Shown piece by piece: positions 62,148 through 64,000 of a stretch of DNA of 64,000 nucleotides. Both the position numbers and the translations under genes were made by a program. Positions within the stretch are counted from its first letter, which is position 1. Each line of letters begins with the position of its first letter. The DNA comes from Haliotis rufescens (Eukaryota). The DNA is taken from assembly GCF_023055435.1 (NCBI RefSeq), contig NW_025963902.1, forward strand, positions 1,798,001-1,862,000, written 5' to 3'. The notes beneath the pieces were generated by a model. That model saw nothing but the letters and a program-made list of their open reading frames with translations. It was not told the DNA's origin and did not search any database.

Positions 62148-63645
62148 CTGACGGATGATTAAAGTTGCGACAAAAACGGTTTGTCAACTATCAAAATTCA
62201 GAGGTCGCCAAATGACTACATAGAACAAATGATTTGTGAAGGCCAAATTATATATTGCTTCACATTTGTAGACACAGACATAGACAATAAGATATTTGCC
62301 TCGCCGTTTCCTCGATCGACAGTTTTTTTCCCCATTTCAATGGAACTTGTGTAACCGCACTCATCATCTGTGTCAATGATAGCTCTGTCAGCTCTGTGAC
62401 GATTGGCTTATGCTAAACTTATTTACTATGTGCAGTGCATCGACTTCAGTATTCTGGTCCGTTTTACTTGACAACGTCATGGCAAAGTTCTTTTCCCATC
62501 GATCGTACCGGAAGGTGTGAGTTAAATTGTTAATAACAGTTACTGTGGAATTAATTAAAGTGATGGTTGACGTCATAGACCAAACGTTTGCGGGAACAAG
62601 CATTGTATTCACGTTTGAATAGCTAACGGACTATAGGTAGTTGATATGTATGTGTTGTCAAGAAAACTAAATGCCAATTATCAAAATCATTAATCAAGAA
62701 CATATCTATGAATATTCATCTGCACAGTGTGTGTTACTGTTGATCATATGTACACGAGAAATAAAATGTAATAAGCAATTGCATCAGAAATTAATTTGAT
62801 CCCAGATCTGTCCCATTTGGAAATGTCCTTCACATGTCTACCATAAACCGTTTTGAAAGGTTTGCTAAGGCCTTGAATGTTGTAATATCCTGATCAAACA
62901 ACGTTTGAACAAACGTCGTATGGCACTCTTTTAAATTTTGGAAAAAGCATGCTCCATTATACCTATATCCGCCCATCTCAGTCGCCCTATAAGTCGCTCG
63001 AGCTGCCTTTTGTCTTGTCCTCTCGAGATATTTCTCAAGTTAAGATTGCAAGTCAGCCAATGTCCTCTCAGGAAGTACTGACGTACTCTCCTCGGCACTG
63101 ATGACGATGCCAAGGACCATACTACTCCGTGCTGGGTTGAACCCTTTGTTCTAATTCACACAGAATCCCAGTTCTCTGATAACCTTGTACACACTGGTCA
63201 AAGGTTTTACAGTAGCCCAAGCATTAAGAGATATCGTGAAAGACAACTCTCCAGATTTCCCACTGATTGAGGTCAAGAATTCAGAGCCAAGGAAATTCAG
63301 AAGTTGTTACAACACAGGAAGATAAAACATTTACTAACCAACAATAAAACATAGACAGCGGATCGAGTACTGAAGACCACCACGACAAGGTGTATCGATA
63401 TTTCACCTATGAACAATCATATTAGTATGCTGTCAAACCACAGACGTCTGCCAACAGCTATAAATAAAACGACAAAACCCGTTTCATATCCGATAGAAAT
63501 CTCTGCATAAAGCAGAGTCGATTATACGATTCCGACTACATCATGAGTCTGTGATTATGAATCACTGGTAAAGAAACAAGGTGTTAACGATGATGAAACC
63601 TACCACAGAACCATTAGTATGCCACCATCAATTTTTTAATTATAC

Positions 63646-64000
63646 ACAAAAACAATCTGGATCGTTACATCATCGATGGGATGAAACGGACAGAACCATG
63701 GCAACGGCGGATCCCGTTATGCTATTACAATCCTTTTCTTATATCTAACTAATTTTTCTAGAATTTTTCTTAGATAATTATTTTGGTAAAATTAATCTTA
63801 TTTATCGAGTTTGCAAATGATTTTAAATTTTAGAATTACCATTGCGCTGTATGCCGATAAAAAGATAACTTTTAACTGAGTTAAATTAAACGTTAATATA
63901 AAAATCTTATATCTTACTCATTAAAAAAAGTATTCAATTATAATGATTCGGTGTTTTTGTGTTTGTTTGTTGCAGGACTAGTCCACTTCGGGATAAAGGG
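63646..64000. repeat. ~355-bp direct repeat of 52980-53343, running off the window
   Basis: ctggatcgttacat...ggatcccgttat...tttgttgcaggactag is colinear in both copies. Confidence 0.9.

Overview
AT-rich, repeat-dense animal genomic DNA. The SINE, Helentron and Penelope repertoire looks molluscan, possibly abalone-like; this is an inference. The first ~22 kb is a tandem array of three 6.7-7.6 kb duplication units. Each carries an intronless minus-strand ABHD1/2/3-family alpha/beta-hydrolase, a 71-bp upstream VNTR (about 9.7, 5.7 and 1 copies) and decayed Penelope-like RT remains. A five-exon minus-strand sulfotransferase-fold gene (23128-48585), which the ORF track does not assemble, has an intact frame and splice sites but has lost two PAPS-binding motifs, so it is a candidate pseudo-enzyme. 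Its 19.3-kb third coding intron holds a same-strand 14-finger C2H2 zinc-finger gene with fifteen 23-aa repeats. A canonical sulfotransferase (about 57072-62147) lies head-to-head on the + strand. The rest is four SINE-like families sharing one 3' tail, a decayed Tc1, a Helentron-type element with a 172-bp array, MITEs, Penelope-type hammerhead remnants and mini/microsatellites. One of the SINE-like families has a non-tRNA, pseudoknot-like head. Family assignments come from motif recognition; no searches were run.
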